The notes beneath the pieces were generated by a model. That model saw only the letters and a list, made by a program, of their open reading frames with translations. It ran no database searches and was not told where the DNA came from. Positions 13,202-28,226 of a DNA stretch of 64,000 nt are shown in pieces. Source of the DNA: Chrysomallon squamiferum (lineage: Eukaryota; Animalia; Mollusca); contig CM022668.1 in NCBI GenBank assembly GCA_012295275.1, positions 14,384,001 through 14,448,000 on the forward strand, in the 5' to 3' direction. The number at the start of each line of letters is the position of its first letter. Position 1 is the stretch's first letter. The position numbers and the translations under genes are program-made.

Positions 13202-15003
13202 AAACATATTTGCAAATCAACATATACACATTCACTCAAGCACACACATGCATACACAGAAGATTTCTCATTTTTAAATTTTTTTTTGGCACAATTTAAT
13301 AAGGAAATCCTTTCAAATTTTCACCATATAATAACATTTGTTAGGATCTTGACAACAAATCAATATTCAACGATATCTTGATGCTTTAAATATTGACACA
13401 CATAAAAAACCCTGTAAAATTAGGTAATACATTTTAGAATGGCGATAAATCGTTGAAATTAGTTATAAATTACATACATAAATTGAGAGAGAGAGACAGA
13501 GAGAGAATGTAAAAGAGAACAAAAGGAAGGAAGGAATAAGAAAAAAAGGAAATAGGAGAGAGGCAGTGAAAAATTAAAGGGATGTACAGAGAAAGACAGA
13601 AAAAGGGACTGGCATACACATAGGTTTAGATACAGAAAGTAAAAAAAAGGGATTGAAAGATTAAAAGATAAAGGGAGCAAGATGCAGAATGTGACAGAGA
13701 AGATATAGGGAAAAAAAAAGAGCAAAGAGAGACAGAGAGAAAAAACGAGAGAAAAATGTTACTATGCCTTCTATGTGCAAATACTGATGAATTTCATTTT
13801 CTTTATTTATCCATTTCCCCTGCACATCAGTACAAATAATGACTTGTTATGAGCATGTCAAGGATCAGGAACATGCCACAGATCTAGATCCTGCAAAGCT
13901 GAAGCTTTACGTAAACCTGTTTACACAATCTCAGAGTAAACTGTATATGCTCTTCTACACATACCACATCATAAGCTAGTATTAGAAGCTGTATTTATAT
14001 ACCAAGAAGTCAGAACTCAGAATCAAATATCCTAATATCTCATAACCTGACATGTATTATAAGACAGAATTAAATACCCCAATGGGCAAATATTTTATGT
14101 GACCCATTTCCATGAAAGGTATTGTAAGGCACAGTTTTCAGTTTCAGTTATTTGGAAAAGTACCAAACGTAAGTTTTAAAGTGATACAACGGTCAGTGAA
14201 TTAAGATGAAGTAAAAATGAAGTAACTGATTTTTAAAGCTGACAAGTGGCATTTGTGTGCTTCTTGGATGATTTTACATTTTTGTATGATTATTTGTTAG
14301 AGCATTTTCACGCAAAATGTTTCGAAAAGAAAATAAGCAAATTAATATCAATAAAGAGATAGCAGATGCCTGAAACAAAGGAAAATTAAACAGCTGTCAA
14401 TCTTATTAAACCATGTAGCAATAATTTCTTTCAGTGATGTAATATTTTATACCTTTCTGAACAGCGAGATACGCTATATAAGCTAATATTAAATCCTGTA
14501 TTATAACACATCATATTAACCTACAACCAGCCATACATTAATAAGCTGATATTAAATACCTTACGTTCTAAAACCTGTCAGAAGTTAACAGTTAATAATC
14601 GTATTTATCAACGACATTTCTTTTACATTCTTAGTGTCAAACAGACTGGATGTTTTAATAACAGATCTGTTTAAGACTTTTATACCCTGAGAAATCGGCT
14701 TATTAAACATAATTCAGTCACATTATTAACACAATAAATAGCTAGTTAACAACTTGTGCCTCAGTTTTGCATAGGGCAAAATGAGTTTAATAAAGTGTGT
14801 AGTACTTTCAGTGTTGGAGATATTTGGGAGTAGGCTATGGTATTGTTGTATGACTGATGTTATCTTCAGAACAATTGATCTGTCTGAATCTGTGTCTCTA
14901 TCACACACACACAGTCACACAGACACCCATATACACACCCCCAATATTAAAGTTTTCTTAATATATAACATCCTTTGAAAATATAAATATCACATATCCT
15001 TTT

Positions 15004-15038
<35 letters not shown>

Positions 15039-15714
15039 GAATATATAATATCCACTAATAAATATACATACCCATCTTCTTTTTCTCTTTTTAACATATA
15101 ACATCCATCAAAATAAAAGCATCTCTCTTTTGAACATACTTTCTTTCTTTTTCACCATCTCCCTCAAACTATAAATATGCTATTTCTCTCACACAATAAT
15201 ACACCCCCCCCACACCCACTCATACCCCCACACACCTGTTTCCGGCAAGTTCTACAGAAGTGGTATGACCTGAGAACAAATCTGACAGGTGTCTCAATCA
15301 GATAACTTACACCAGTGACCAGTGGTCTGGGTCAGATAATGATCACCATGACTGACCCCTGGACATCAGTTCAAACCACTTATATCCAAATAGTTTGTAA
15401 ATTTGCTTGTCAATATGTGTTATAATTATCATTTGATATGTCAACATACATATTCACACACCATATTTAGACACTTATTTTATATATACAGAAAAAAAAT
15501 GATGTGTTTAGAATGTGATATAAATTTTAATACTCTGATAGTATATCCAGCATAACAGATACACATCTTCATTCTTGCAGCTGTAATTATATATAAACAT
15601 CCAAAAATAAAGATACATGTAAATATGCACATACTCCTCCCAAATACATTTGTACAGAGAATTAAATACAAAAAAAAGATAAATATGTGTGTGTGTGTGT
15701 GTGTGTGTGTAAGA

Positions 15715-16150
15715 AAATATTTAGAACAGAACACTAGAACATGTTCACAACAAGAACAACTAGAATAAATGTACAGTTAAAATACTCTAGAACAAGAACA
15801 AGAACAAGAAATACTTGGAATAACAGAAATTCAAATAACATTGTTACAATAAGAATAGATAGAACATATTTAGAACAAAACACTAGAAAAACATTTACAA
15901 TAAGAACAGCTAGAATAAACTTACAAGAACAAGTGAAACACTTTTTGAACAAGAGCAACAACAACAACAACCACAATTCTTGGAATTACACTATTCCAGT
16001 TAACACATCACAATAACAACACCCAGAAAGTATTTATGGCACTGATGACAACAGAAGCAACTAAAACATACTTACAACTAAAACGTCCTCAGAACAAGAA
16101 CAACAACTAGAACATGCTAAGAACAACAGGATTTCAGCTACAACACTTGT
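15715..16150 (+). repeat. Degenerate A/C/G-rich repeat (AGAACAAGAACAACTAGAA-like)
   Basis: Recurring ttagaacagaacactagaa / caagaacaactagaa units. Confidence 0.55.
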
Positions 16151-19100
16151 GAACAATGTGGTATTTCCTGAATTCAACAAGTTCCTTCAAAACGGGACCA
16201 ATCTGGATTAAACCGAGTTAAAGAGACACCAGTGTTTTTGTAGAAGATAAAACAGACACCTGATTCCAGGCCTGCTGAAGATGAAGAATTCTTTAATGTG
16301 TATGCTTGTGTGCAGGGGAATCTGACAGACACATCTGCAGACTTAGATCTGATATATATATCTATATATACATATTAATGTCGTAAAAATGTGCTGCTGT
16401 GAAGGTTGGTGGTTTTATCTTTTATTTGACACGGATTCATTTAAACTTAATAATTTTATTTTAATAACATAATGTATATATAATTGTTATTAGTAATAAT
16501 AGTAGTAGTAGCAGAAGTAACAGCAGCAGTAGTAGTAGTAGTAGTAGTAGTAATAGATAATAGTAACAATAATAGGAAAAGAAGTTTACTTGTAGTATTA
16601 GCAGTAGTTACTGTTCCTTTTGTTCTTGATATTATTAATGTTATTTGCAGATGTAGTAGTAGTAGTAAGTAGTAGTTGTAGTAATACAGCAGCTTTGATG
16701 GTTGTATGTATAAATATATACTGTCACTGTCATTATCATTAGCAAAAGCAGCAGCAGCTGCAATAGCAGTAATATGTTTGATGTCTCCCAGCCATTTCAG
16801 TAGATGTATTTATACATTGTCAGTTTTAAGTGACAGCTGTTTGACTGTTTACACGATAAAGTACTGGTACTGATAAAACGGATTTGTCCATTCTACAAAA
16901 GTCCTGGTCAAGCAGTTAGGTCACAATCTTGGACATAGGTGCTGTTGGTTTTTTTTTTAATCTTTGTTGGTCTCTAAGAAAACAAATGTCAAAGTAAGAA
17001 AAAAAAAAAGAGTAATACTAAAAGTAAATATAACAACCGACCTATAGAAAATTTAAAAAAAAAAAATGTTTTTTTTATTATATCTTATGATCTTACTATT
17101 TTGTGTAAATATCTACTTGTATACATGTCTGTGCACTTTTATTACTTTGTCTGCATGTTTTTTTTATTCACATTATTTTTCTATTAATGTAAGGTATATA
17201 GAAAAAGAATATTGCTGTGACTGTATAAATAAAAACTGATGTAGATTACATTAATTAAAGGTTAAGAAAATATTTTCACATATTTTAGTATTTGAGAGAG
17301 AGAGAAAGAGAGAGACAGAGAGGGAGACGGACAGAGAGAGAGAGACAGAGAGGGGGGTAAGAGAGAGAAACTGTATAAAGAAAAACTAATGTGTATTATA
17401 TTAATTCATTAAAGGTAAAGAAAATATTCTTATATTTAAGTATTTATGAAAGAAAGAAGGAAAGGTAAGAGTGAGACACACACACGAGACAGAAAAATGA
17501 CATAAATAACGACAACAGAGAAAAAGAATGAGAGATAGGGAGATACAGAGATAATAATTTAGAGAAATAAACAAGGCAAGGAACTAAAAGCAGTAACACA
17601 GGGACTGTAATTACCAAGTTAACAACAACTCCCAGTGAATGACAAAGAAATAACAAGAAAAACAGGTAGTGACTAACACACACAAAAAAAATAACTAATG
17701 TATTTCATATAAAAGTACTGTGGGAAAAAACAAACTGAACCTCTCAAAAAGGTTTACTCAATTTATATAAATGTATGCTGTGAAACCAATTTATAAAATT
17801 AGTATGTTTAGTTACAGTGTATTTTTATGATGTATTTCATGTACTTTCTTTCAAAACCTTCAAGAAAGTAGGTAAAAGAAATTGCCAGTTATGTTGAAAA
17901 CAAATATTTTACTTTAGTTTGTTCTGATAATAAATATATAAATGTTATTTATATCAAAACTTGGACAAAAATTAATAAAATAAAAAAAATGTACATGCAT
18001 TTCTCATTCTATTCCAAAGTGCAAATATATTTCCCAGTCCAACCCAGGTTTCACATAAAGTTAATATTTCAAATATATTTTGCACTCCACAATAGTGTTC
18101 TATATGTAGTCAAAATTACTTTTTGGGGAGTATTACTAATAATAAAACTATGTTGTAGCTGGGCAGCCATTTTTCTTTTGTTCTAAATGTGAACAACAAA
18201 CTTAGCAATCACTGTATCAGATGACAGCCTAGCAAGAGAAGAAATACCTACATTAAAAGGGTGTTGGGTTTATTGTCTGAAGGGTACACTGATCTTGATA
18301 ATCAGTACATTGTAATTAAAATGATACCAGAGAATACATATGCAAAATGCTAAAGTATAATAATAATACATTTCAGTAATTCACACTGAGAATTTATCAG
18401 TTATGTTACGTAATGTTTTAAAATCCCCTGAAAACATGACCTTTACCCTAACCTTATCAGGGATTACGTCACATTTCAGGGGAAATGAATATGGTAATTA
18501 TTCATATTGCTTATATCATCAGCTTAATATTTACAGACTTCAATTTTCACAGGTTTTATGGTAGCAGATTATGTGCATAATTAAAAAATATTTTACACAG
18601 ATCTGACTAACTTCTGCACTTTGAATGGTCAAACATTTCGTTATGGTGTGGATAATATTATAAATATAAAACTAATTTAATAATAGTAAATTGTTTTTAA
18701 ATAGTATGACTGCATCTTTATTATTTCAGAATTAGTATGTTGATAAATTAGAGGTTTTTCTTATTTATGATTAATATTAATTAATAAGTGTAACCATATC
18801 AATACTTTCAAAAATATTATAAAATTTTGTTTAAAATTACAGTTAATTAATCTAACCCTAACCACAACTCATTATTTAAAAATTAAAAATTAAATAAAGT
18901 GGATATATTTTTTTTTAATTAAGGAAATAGCACTTCAAACTTTCTCTTCCTCTTAGAGCTTTAAATATTTGGCTTGGTTGAGTTTCACAATTATTGACTT
19001 AATTTTCTAAATCTGGAACTTTGTTAAAACAAACAATGATGAGACAGAAAGGTTCAATGGTCAGCTGAGAAAGAGAGAGAGAGAGAGATGATGGACTGTG

Positions 19101-22100
19101 CAACTTGAAAATTAGTAGGGTTACTTGTAAACAAAACCGTATTTGTAAACAAAGAAAGGCTGGATGTGTCATTGAAGGAATTTGAAATGGATGAAGATTG
19201 TGTATTGAAGAGGTCATTAATGGTCATTGATTCAGCAATATACAATTTTTAGTTTTTGTTACAGATAGATAGATAGATAGATAGACACAGCTTTTGGGTG
19301 TTTTTTGTTTTTTTGTTTTTTTATACTGTTTTTTATACCATCAGTATGAGATGGTTTATTTAACAGTATTTTCAAACTATTTTAAATTAATGGTTATATT
19401 TATGTATAAGCTATCACACACATATTCATGTGGTTAAGGACATCAAAGTATGAAGGAAGAAAAAAACATATTGGTGATATAGAGATTTTTTTTTTTTTTT
19501 TTATTCACAGATTATTGTAACAAAACACCATATAGTTGATGAACTAATTTTAGAGCACTGTTAAAGGTTTTAAATGTTATTTTTATGTAGAATATATTTA
19601 ATATTTTCATAAATAGTTTATATATATAAGTGACATTTAAAAAAAAAAAAAAAATTTTGTTTATTACTGTCTTTGAATTTGAAGTAACTTAAAATCTTAT
19701 TCATTTTAGAAAAAGAAAAATAATTCTATTATAAAACTGAGCCATAATATATTGCAACACTTTCATAACAAACACAAACATCAGCCACATCCATTATTAA
19801 ACAAAACCGTAAAATATATATGAACTGAAACCACACTAAATATATCTATTCTGCTCCCATTTGTAAAACAAACGCCAAAACATTAACATAATCTATGCAA
19901 CTACATCATCACATTGTACTGGAAATCATGACTCAAGTAAAATTCAATAAATATGTCAGTATGCTGATGTAGGTTACCGGGTTCATATTGTTTATGGTTA
20001 TATAATTCCCTGCCATTGTTTTCAAGACCTCTAGAACAAAATTTAAACCTGTCACTTACTACTGGTCAAATATCATTTCAGTTCAAGTGGAGTGGTTGTA
20101 TTTATTTAAACTGTTTTTGTCTAACAAGTGCACACACACACATGCACTTGATGCATATACATATATTTTTTCAAACACATAGTATGTATACAGATACATA
20201 CACATACAGTTATACCTGCATTTATGCACACACACACACACACATTCATAAACATTCTGAAACAAACACACACAAGCATGTATTAAAAAAACCCACATTC
20301 CTGTGAATGTTTTATTTTATTTATATTTATGTGTACAGCTGCATGAGTAATGAAATAAAGGACAGGCTGGAATTGCCTTATTTGGTAAAAATGACGAAGA
20401 TAACCTAATTTATCTACGTTGTGTCATTGATTGGTATATAAACGCAGTAACAGTCAGATTGATTAAGGTCTAAATTTTAAATATTTTTCACTTTTAAAAT
20501 GCAAAGAACAAACTGATGCAACCTATACACAAGGAACATTATTTATAAAACAAATTTTACAGTTGACAAAATAATGCTGAATATTCATCTAAGCTTGACA
20601 AATAGATTGAAAACAATATTTAAATATTTATATTTTTAAAATAAAATAAAATTATTTTAGAACGAAACTAAAAAGAAAAATAATTCAGATTCAGAAAGAG
20701 AGATGAACATATCCTCATCTCCCCCCAATCTCTTGTACCCACAGTTCACATTCCACACTTGACCCAATCAACCGTGACCTGATTTTCAAGGCCCGGCGAC
20801 CACACTAAGCGTGACATTATTACCAGTGATTTGGTAAAAGGTGCCAATGCACAGCTTCTCATCTGACTCACTGGCTCACACTTAGCTCATCCCAGACAAT
20901 TTAGCTGTTTTATACGACAGCAAAAAAAACCACACCAGGCTTGGAAAACAGTGAATCAGCAGCGAAACATGTTAAAACACATTGAAATGATGCAGTGGAT
21001 AAGTTTAATAAAGTTTAATAGCTTAAGAATGACTGTTACTGGGATCAAATTCTCATACGGGCTAGCTTAGTGTTTAATAGAAGATCTATATTTATATGAT
21101 TTCTAAATATTTGTACTGTTATTATTTAGTAGTCCTTTATCTAACATATTATAAAGAATATATATATATATATATATACACACATCAAATCTTGTTACAG
21201 GATAATTTTTGTCTTGTTAACACTACTAAACTTTTTTTTATATTTTTAAATTGACCCTCTACTTTGGTTGTCAGAATGTAGTAGATCTAGATATTAAATC
21301 TTGTTGGTGGATATGTTTAATAAAATATTTAACAATTAAGACAATAATAATGTTATCCCCTTTTCCTATGTCTTAATTAATCTGCAATTTAATCTGTTTA
21401 AAACATAGTGAATCCACAGATGAGTAACAGAAGCCAATCAGTAGTGCAGTCTTGACAAATAAACTTTCTCAAAGTATGTAAAAAAAAAATATTAACACAT
21501 ACAAAATGTTTCATTTTATTCCATTCACCAGTTCATAGAGAAGTAAAACAATACTTCAAAGTGTTAAATAAACGTCATGAAATAACAGTTTAGTTAAAAC
21601 AACACATCAGAATGGCAAAAGAAACACATCACATAAATTGGAAAAAAAAATGTATGTATGTACAACTTAAAAGTGCTAACACCAGATAGATTACAAAGCA
21701 TCAAAAAAGATAGAGAGAGAACAGTTTAAAATAGAAAAGAGAGCTTGGAGAAAATAATAATTCTTCCAAAGGGTTAAAATTAGAAACCACACAGCTGGAA
21801 TAAAAACAATATATTACAGTGGCAAAAAAAAAGTGTTATACTTCTAAGTATTCAAAACAGATTACTCATCTTGAATACATTCATTCATTCAAAATATTAA
21901 AAATAAACAAAGATTAACACATTTGTTAAAATTAGATCCCTGAACATTGTCAAAAAAAACACAAAAAAAATCCAACAATTTTACTCTTTAAAAAACCCAG
22001 ACAGATCTTTCAACCTAGATAAAAGATTACTTCACAAAACAATATACATATTTAACTTGTTAAACACTATAAATCTTGCTAAACTTAATAAAAATATCAA

Positions 22101-23367
22101 CAACAGACCTCATGCTGAGAAAATAATTAAAAACTAAAATCACTATTAGCATTACCCAATGTATCTAATATCTATACTAAAAACTACCATAAGATATGTG
22201 TTCCTGGCATTTTTCTTTGTCTGTTGGTATTTTTTCAAATAAAAAGAGAAAATTTACTGCTGAAATCAATGCTCTCTCTACACAAATATGTAATGTATTT
22301 CTTTGTGTCTAAGAAACCTTAAACCTGTCAGTTTTTCAAATGTCAGAGGCAAAAGGAATTCATGTCCAGCAGGGGTACTACATACACATCACCATGTTCC
22401 ATTCCTGAATACACATCACTGTACATGTTAAATACAACATACCAAAAATAACCATATAACCCTTGGTTCAACTCTTGACTATAATTGTGATTAGTATATA
22501 ATAAATATAATTAGTTAGAGATATAATTTGCTAGTTTCTGAACGTTAATTTATCAGTATCTGATGTTAAAATCATTAGATTAAATGCAACTGGGCTTAAA
22601 TAATTTTGTACAATTCTGTAGTGTATTTATTATGCAATACAGAGTTTTTATTAGTAAAAGAACTTCAAATACGTATAAAAAATAACTTTACTTATACAAC
22701 TGTAAATCTATGTTGATAAGAAAAAGAGTTGTTTAATAAATTAAAATTTAATTTATTTGCCAACTGATTCTTAGTTTCTGTTATCCTTTTAAATAATTAA
22801 TGTTTTCAGTGTTTAGAAAAGTGAACAGTTTGATATCCAGTATTTGAAATGAAGTGACAGAAATGAAATCATATCTCCAAAATTATTACTTCTATAAAGT
22901 GAACCATTAACCAGTCACTTTGAAAATGATTCAAAAATCAATATATATAAATGTTTCATCAAGAAGATTGTAATTATTTAATTTGGAAATTATTTATTAC
23001 TCTATATCGCTCTGAAACCTGACCTTTGTTTTTAATTCAAACCATGACATAAGCATCTTAGTCATAACGAACGGTTAGAACTGTACTGTGTACACTTTTA
23101 GTATTACTGTACAGATAATGAACTAGACATTGTTTACGTCTAAAACACGTCTGCCAAGCTGCGTCTCGATTTTTCTATACGTCTCTGATCTCGTCAGAAA
23201 GATGAATTTTGGTAAAGAAATCATTTATGGAAATCGGTCCATTAGCCAATTCAGACAAATAAACAATGGATGGAATTCAAGGCCAAGGTTACCATTAGCA
23301 GATCTGTGAATGAAATCCAATCCCTTGAACTTAGAATCCCTTAGTTAACACATTAGGCTCTACTCAC

Positions 23368-23452
23368 CTTCCGATAGCTCCAAATCGAGCTCTGCGAGTT
23401 TTTCTCTGACATCACCAGGCAATTGCATAATATCCACTTCAACGTCTGCCAT
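23368..23452 (-). CDS. DIP2: Disco-interacting protein 2 homolog, first coding exon (start of the DMAP1-binding domain); the gene continues past the left window edge
   Basis: The minus strand reads aaatcaccATG then MADVEVDIMQLPGDVREKLAELDLELSE-G|gtgagt (85 nt, phase-1 donor). This matches the DIP2-family N-terminus LPxxVRxxLAELxLELSEGDITQKGYEKKR. No GDITQKG exon was found in 1-23367. A polypyrimidine/AG acceptor at positions 2-30 on the minus strand (ttttttctctgcattcgtgtag|G) fits exon 2 starting at base 1. Confidence 0.9.
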
Positions 23453-23944
23453 GGTGATTTTTCCAAATGGTACTAGCACGAAGTTTGCTGCGTTACATTA
23501 TCTCTCATTTCGAAGAACGATATCCGTCGCCATTTTGGTGCTTTACCACACCTAACTCTCGCGAGTTTTGGCGAGACATTTCACAAAACGGTGTATTCTT
23601 CTATCATATGCTATGAAATAATGTCTACCCTCATTATCGAAGTAACTTAACGGGTTTCATATCCATATCGTGGCCATATTGGATGATTATTTATCTTTTT
23701 GGAAATAAAGTGTATTGATAAGTTAAACTATGAAGAATAATTTGTTTAAACATATTATTAAAATAATTTAATATATAAATCAATGCAATGAGAATGAAAC
23801 ATAATTTCCTAATAACTTTTCTTCACCATTTCTTTTACGTCTTTAATTTTTAATTTTCTTTTAAAGTTTAAATTTAAATATTATTATCCTGTGAGTTTAT
23901 CTGGATTTATAAAATTTTGTTATTGTTGTTTTGTTAAGTTGTTA

Positions 23945-23983
<39 letters not shown>

Positions 23984-25224
23984 AACGTGTATTACGTTTT
24001 GAGATGATTAATTCATTGCAATTCTAAAAATATTTTGTGCTGTTTTGTATTTTTTCATAATACAGTTTATGTAGCTTATTTTGTAGTTAATAAATAAATA
24101 AGTAAATTAAGAAAGAAAGAAAATAAAGACGACAATAAAAAGGCTTTAAATCACACATGCTACATTTAGTATAAAGAAATAACTTCACATTCGATATGTT
24201 TGCACTTAATATTATTATTAACAAATGAAGAAATTGATAGTTCAAACATGAAAGTACACGCGTACGCACTATAACATGCACACACTGTTCATAAAGATAA
24301 TCATAAATGTTACGAAATGATGAAACGCTTCAGTGTTTGATCCTATATATATATAGCGTCTGTGTGTGTGTGTGTGTGTCTGAAAAAATAAATACATTTG
24401 CAAACAGATCTTGTAAACATAAAGCGAAAGTACTACTAAAGAAATATTATTCATTACATTCACATACAAATATATAATATACATTGTATATGCATCTGAG
24501 TATCTATAATACACCCTCTGTATTTTTTTTTTTTTAGACATTCACCCTCGACGATTTATTTCGTAATTTCAGTAACTTCATGTTTCTCCTTTACCGCTCA
24601 TATGTGAAAATAAATAAATAAGTAAATAAATGAATGAATGAAAGAATGAATAAATAAAAGAATAAATAAATAAATAAATAAATAAATAAATTAATAAATA
24701 AATTAAATAAATAAATAATAATAATAATAACAACACTACTACTTCTACTACTACTAATAAAATAAAATAAAATAAAATAACGTATTTAGTACAAATAAAT
24801 GTTTATTTTATTCAAATTACTAGATATTCTAGGACTATGTAAACAAAACTGTGGATGGCTGCAAAATTTTAACAAACATAATTCGAATTTTTCTTATTTT
24901 CAATAAGTAATAATAATAAACTAAGAATTAAATTTAAGAAACAATATTTTCTTATTTCTTTTTTTACGTACTGAATATAAGGAAGAATAAAAAAGAAATA
25001 TATATTTAAATTTCGCAAGGTTTGATATTCAATTTATATGTATTTCCGGCTGGAACAAAATCGTAAACAGAGTTTATCTCTATGACACCGGGCTGCTGAA
25101 AGGAAATCGAAGTTGCAGAGATTTTAACAGTTTCGACACATATTGCAACTTTTTTGGAAAATGTTTTAAGTGTCAAAAGCTTAAATTAACTTATTTCGAA
25201 ATTAAAACTAACCAAGAAGGCACT
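23453..25224. promoter_or_regulatory. Divergent (head-to-head) promoter region of DIP2 and CNPPD1
   Basis: The start codons are ~1.77 kb apart and point outward. CpG is locally elevated near both starts. There is a YY1-type CGCCATTTTG at 23528-23537 and a TCTCGCGAG (CGCG/BANP-type) motif at ~23557-23565. Confidence 0.6.
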
Positions 25225-28163
25225 ATGCGTCGATTTGTACCATTTGATTTCAAATATGATCGTGGAAAATCGAGAAACGTATGCGAGGTAACGTAGATTG
25301 TTGTTATGGTCATGATTTTGCGCTCAATTCATTGTTACAGTTACAGTGTTAGTCAGCTTAATTTATGTAAAGTTCATACAGCAAAACATCCATTAGTCTT
25401 CAGGGGCGCCATTTCACTGAAAATTTAAACATCATAGCGAGTCTAAGTATATCGTCACCATAATAATAATTATTTAATGGACAAGCATTAATTCATTAAT
25501 TGTTAGTACATTAAACTGATTAATGAAGTCTATTTTGAAGCTGTTGGATCCCAAGGCCACCTTAAGCCAAAGAACTCAGTTGTGGAGGTGTTTGGAATGT
25601 TTATTCTTGTTCTTTTCTTTACTTTTTGCCTTTCTTATATGTGTGTGTGTGATTTTAGTGTTGTATTGAAACTCATAAAATGGAGTCATATAATGATATA
25701 ACTTCATTATAAATAAACCATTTGATTTATTGTAATGTCATGATGATTAAAGTATAAAAATGGTAAATCATCATGGATCAGACATCATGTGTTGATGATA
25801 ATATCATTTTTGATAATTTTGTGTTATTTCCTTTTATTTTTGTTTAATTATTGGGTTTTTAAAAAAAAAAATTTAATGATGTTGCAGTAAATAAATCATT
25901 AATAGCTAATTATATTTATTTTTGTGTTTGTGATGTTAAAATCAACATTTATACAGTATCTGAAAATTTTGTTAATATTTCATTTTTTATCGGCATATCT
26001 TTTATAATAATTAATATACTTAATAATGTCATATGGTCTGATATCTCAAAATGAAATCAGTTCATGTAGATACAAAATTAGAGTGATTGCTATTGTTGTT
26101 GTCTTAAAATGAAATTAGTTTGGGTAAAGTTATAGTGCCTGCTGAAATAATAATTATTAACATCTTTTTATACACCTTATATCTTCCAATCATTGACAGA
26201 ACAATAATTAAAAAACATATATGTTTTAAAATTGAATAATACAAACTAAATCTAATTCAAGGTTGAACTTGATTGACCCATGATGTATTTTTCAGACAAA
26301 TGATTGATTTATAACCATTAAGGATGAGCTTTAATCACCAGTTGTGTTGAAATTATGTTTTAATTTTTATCTTCAAAAATGACTCATTTGCTACAAGGCA
26401 TGTATTCAGGTTGGTTACTGTCAGACTGGGTAAATATCTTAATATGTATGCTTTACCTTAAATTTTAAAATAAATAATGACTTATGCTCTTTTGAGTTGA
26501 AGAGTCTTAAGCCTTTAAGTAAAAGAAAATGCGTGCCCCAATATATATATAAAATATATTTGTTAAAATGATATATGTATCTGGTGAATTAGTGTATATC
26601 AGTTGTTTTAACAAATAAATAAATAAATGATAAATGCATGCACATACATACACATACATTTTATTTATTTGTTTTTATTTTATTTTATTAGTTAAAAACA
26701 CATAGATAAATTCGTAAGTGAGGATATATATATATTTTTGAGTACTTTAAAATGAATATTCCAATTAGTATTGCCTTATGTAATGTTATGAAATTTTCAG
26801 ATATTGGTACACATTTTAAAAAAACATAAATTCACTCTCCACATTTCTGATAATACATGAAATTTTAGTGAAAGTAACTGATCAAAATTATGAGAGCTAA
26901 ATGCTCCTTGATTAAGAAGAGAGCCAGCTAAATTCTTTAGCATTGTATGACAACATGTGGTGACTTATTATTTTAAAAAAGAACTACTGAAATATAATTA
27001 GTTGCACTAACAAAGTAGAATTTAATTTTCAAATAAGTTAATATCTAGTAGAACAATTTCATCTATCTTTACTCATATATTAAATCATAGCTTATAATAC
27101 ATTTCACCTATATACTGTAATCACTTAACCAGGTTTAATAATAATCATAAGCTGAAATAACCTCATTTAATTTTAAAATAATTTAATATATAATTTCATT
27201 TAAACACAATCTACCTATTCTCAGATGTTGCTTAAATTACATAATTTGGTATACTATATTTCACTCAACAACAGTTTGACATAATATGAAAACAGAATGA
27301 TCTCATTCATTTTTAAATAATCTGGTATCTATAGATGATCTAGTATCAAAGTTTCATCACTATTATCTCAGAACTTGGTTAAACTAAATAATTGTTTACA
27401 TTAATATATTTCAACTGTGTGCTGTGATTGCTTAATCAAAGTGTGATATAATAATAATCATGATTTAGAATAACTTTATTTAGTTCAAAATAAATTAGCA
27501 TCTAGTATCAAAGTTTTAAGTAAATATAGTCTACCTTGACCTATATATCTATATCTACATTTATATATATGTATAACTGTTTACTCTGTTTTGATTTATT
27601 ATTAGCATGTAAAATTTATTTTCTTTGGTCATTTTGTTTTTGATGTTGGTAACAGATGTTAAAATTGAATTTAAGATAATTGTCAATGTAAAGGAAGTTG
27701 AAAACAAGGGAAGAACAAAAACAAAAACAAAAATCCCATTAAACAGAGTTTATGTTAATATAACAGATATTGATTTCTTTTGAGAGTAACAAAATTTAAC
27801 TGAGTGTGTTTTTTTGTTTTTTTTCAAAATTAAAAATTACTCATTGTGTTTAGATATAGCCTCTGACATTTAAAAACCTCAAATATTAATGTTTTTGAGC
27901 AGTAAACATTTTTTTTTAAGCTTGTAATTTGTATTTATTACATTATTTGATGTATTTGACATTGATAAAAAAATTTGTTAGGTGGATTGTGAAACTGTTT
28001 ATTTCTCGTGTAAGATAACCGCTGATTTAAGTAATTTAATTTGGAAATAACAGAAATTAAATTTTTACTTCTTAGTGTGTTTTTCAAAATTAATAATTGT
28101 GTATCACAACCAAAAATTATTTCAGAAACTTAAAACAGAATTAAGATTATTATTTTTTTAAAG

Positions 28164-28226
<63 letters not shown>

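Noticed and set aside
14095-14450. Possible MITE starting TGTGACCCATTTCCATGAAAGG
   Set aside because: No matching inverted terminus, target-site duplication or second copy was found in the window.
457-20306. Dozens of 60-170 aa ORFs in the track (poly-HT, poly-CV, poly-SL, Phe/Leu/Lys-rich)
   Set aside because: They are translations of (CA)n, (GA)n, poly-A and other low-complexity tracts inside DIP2 intron 1, with no splice structure or family motifs.
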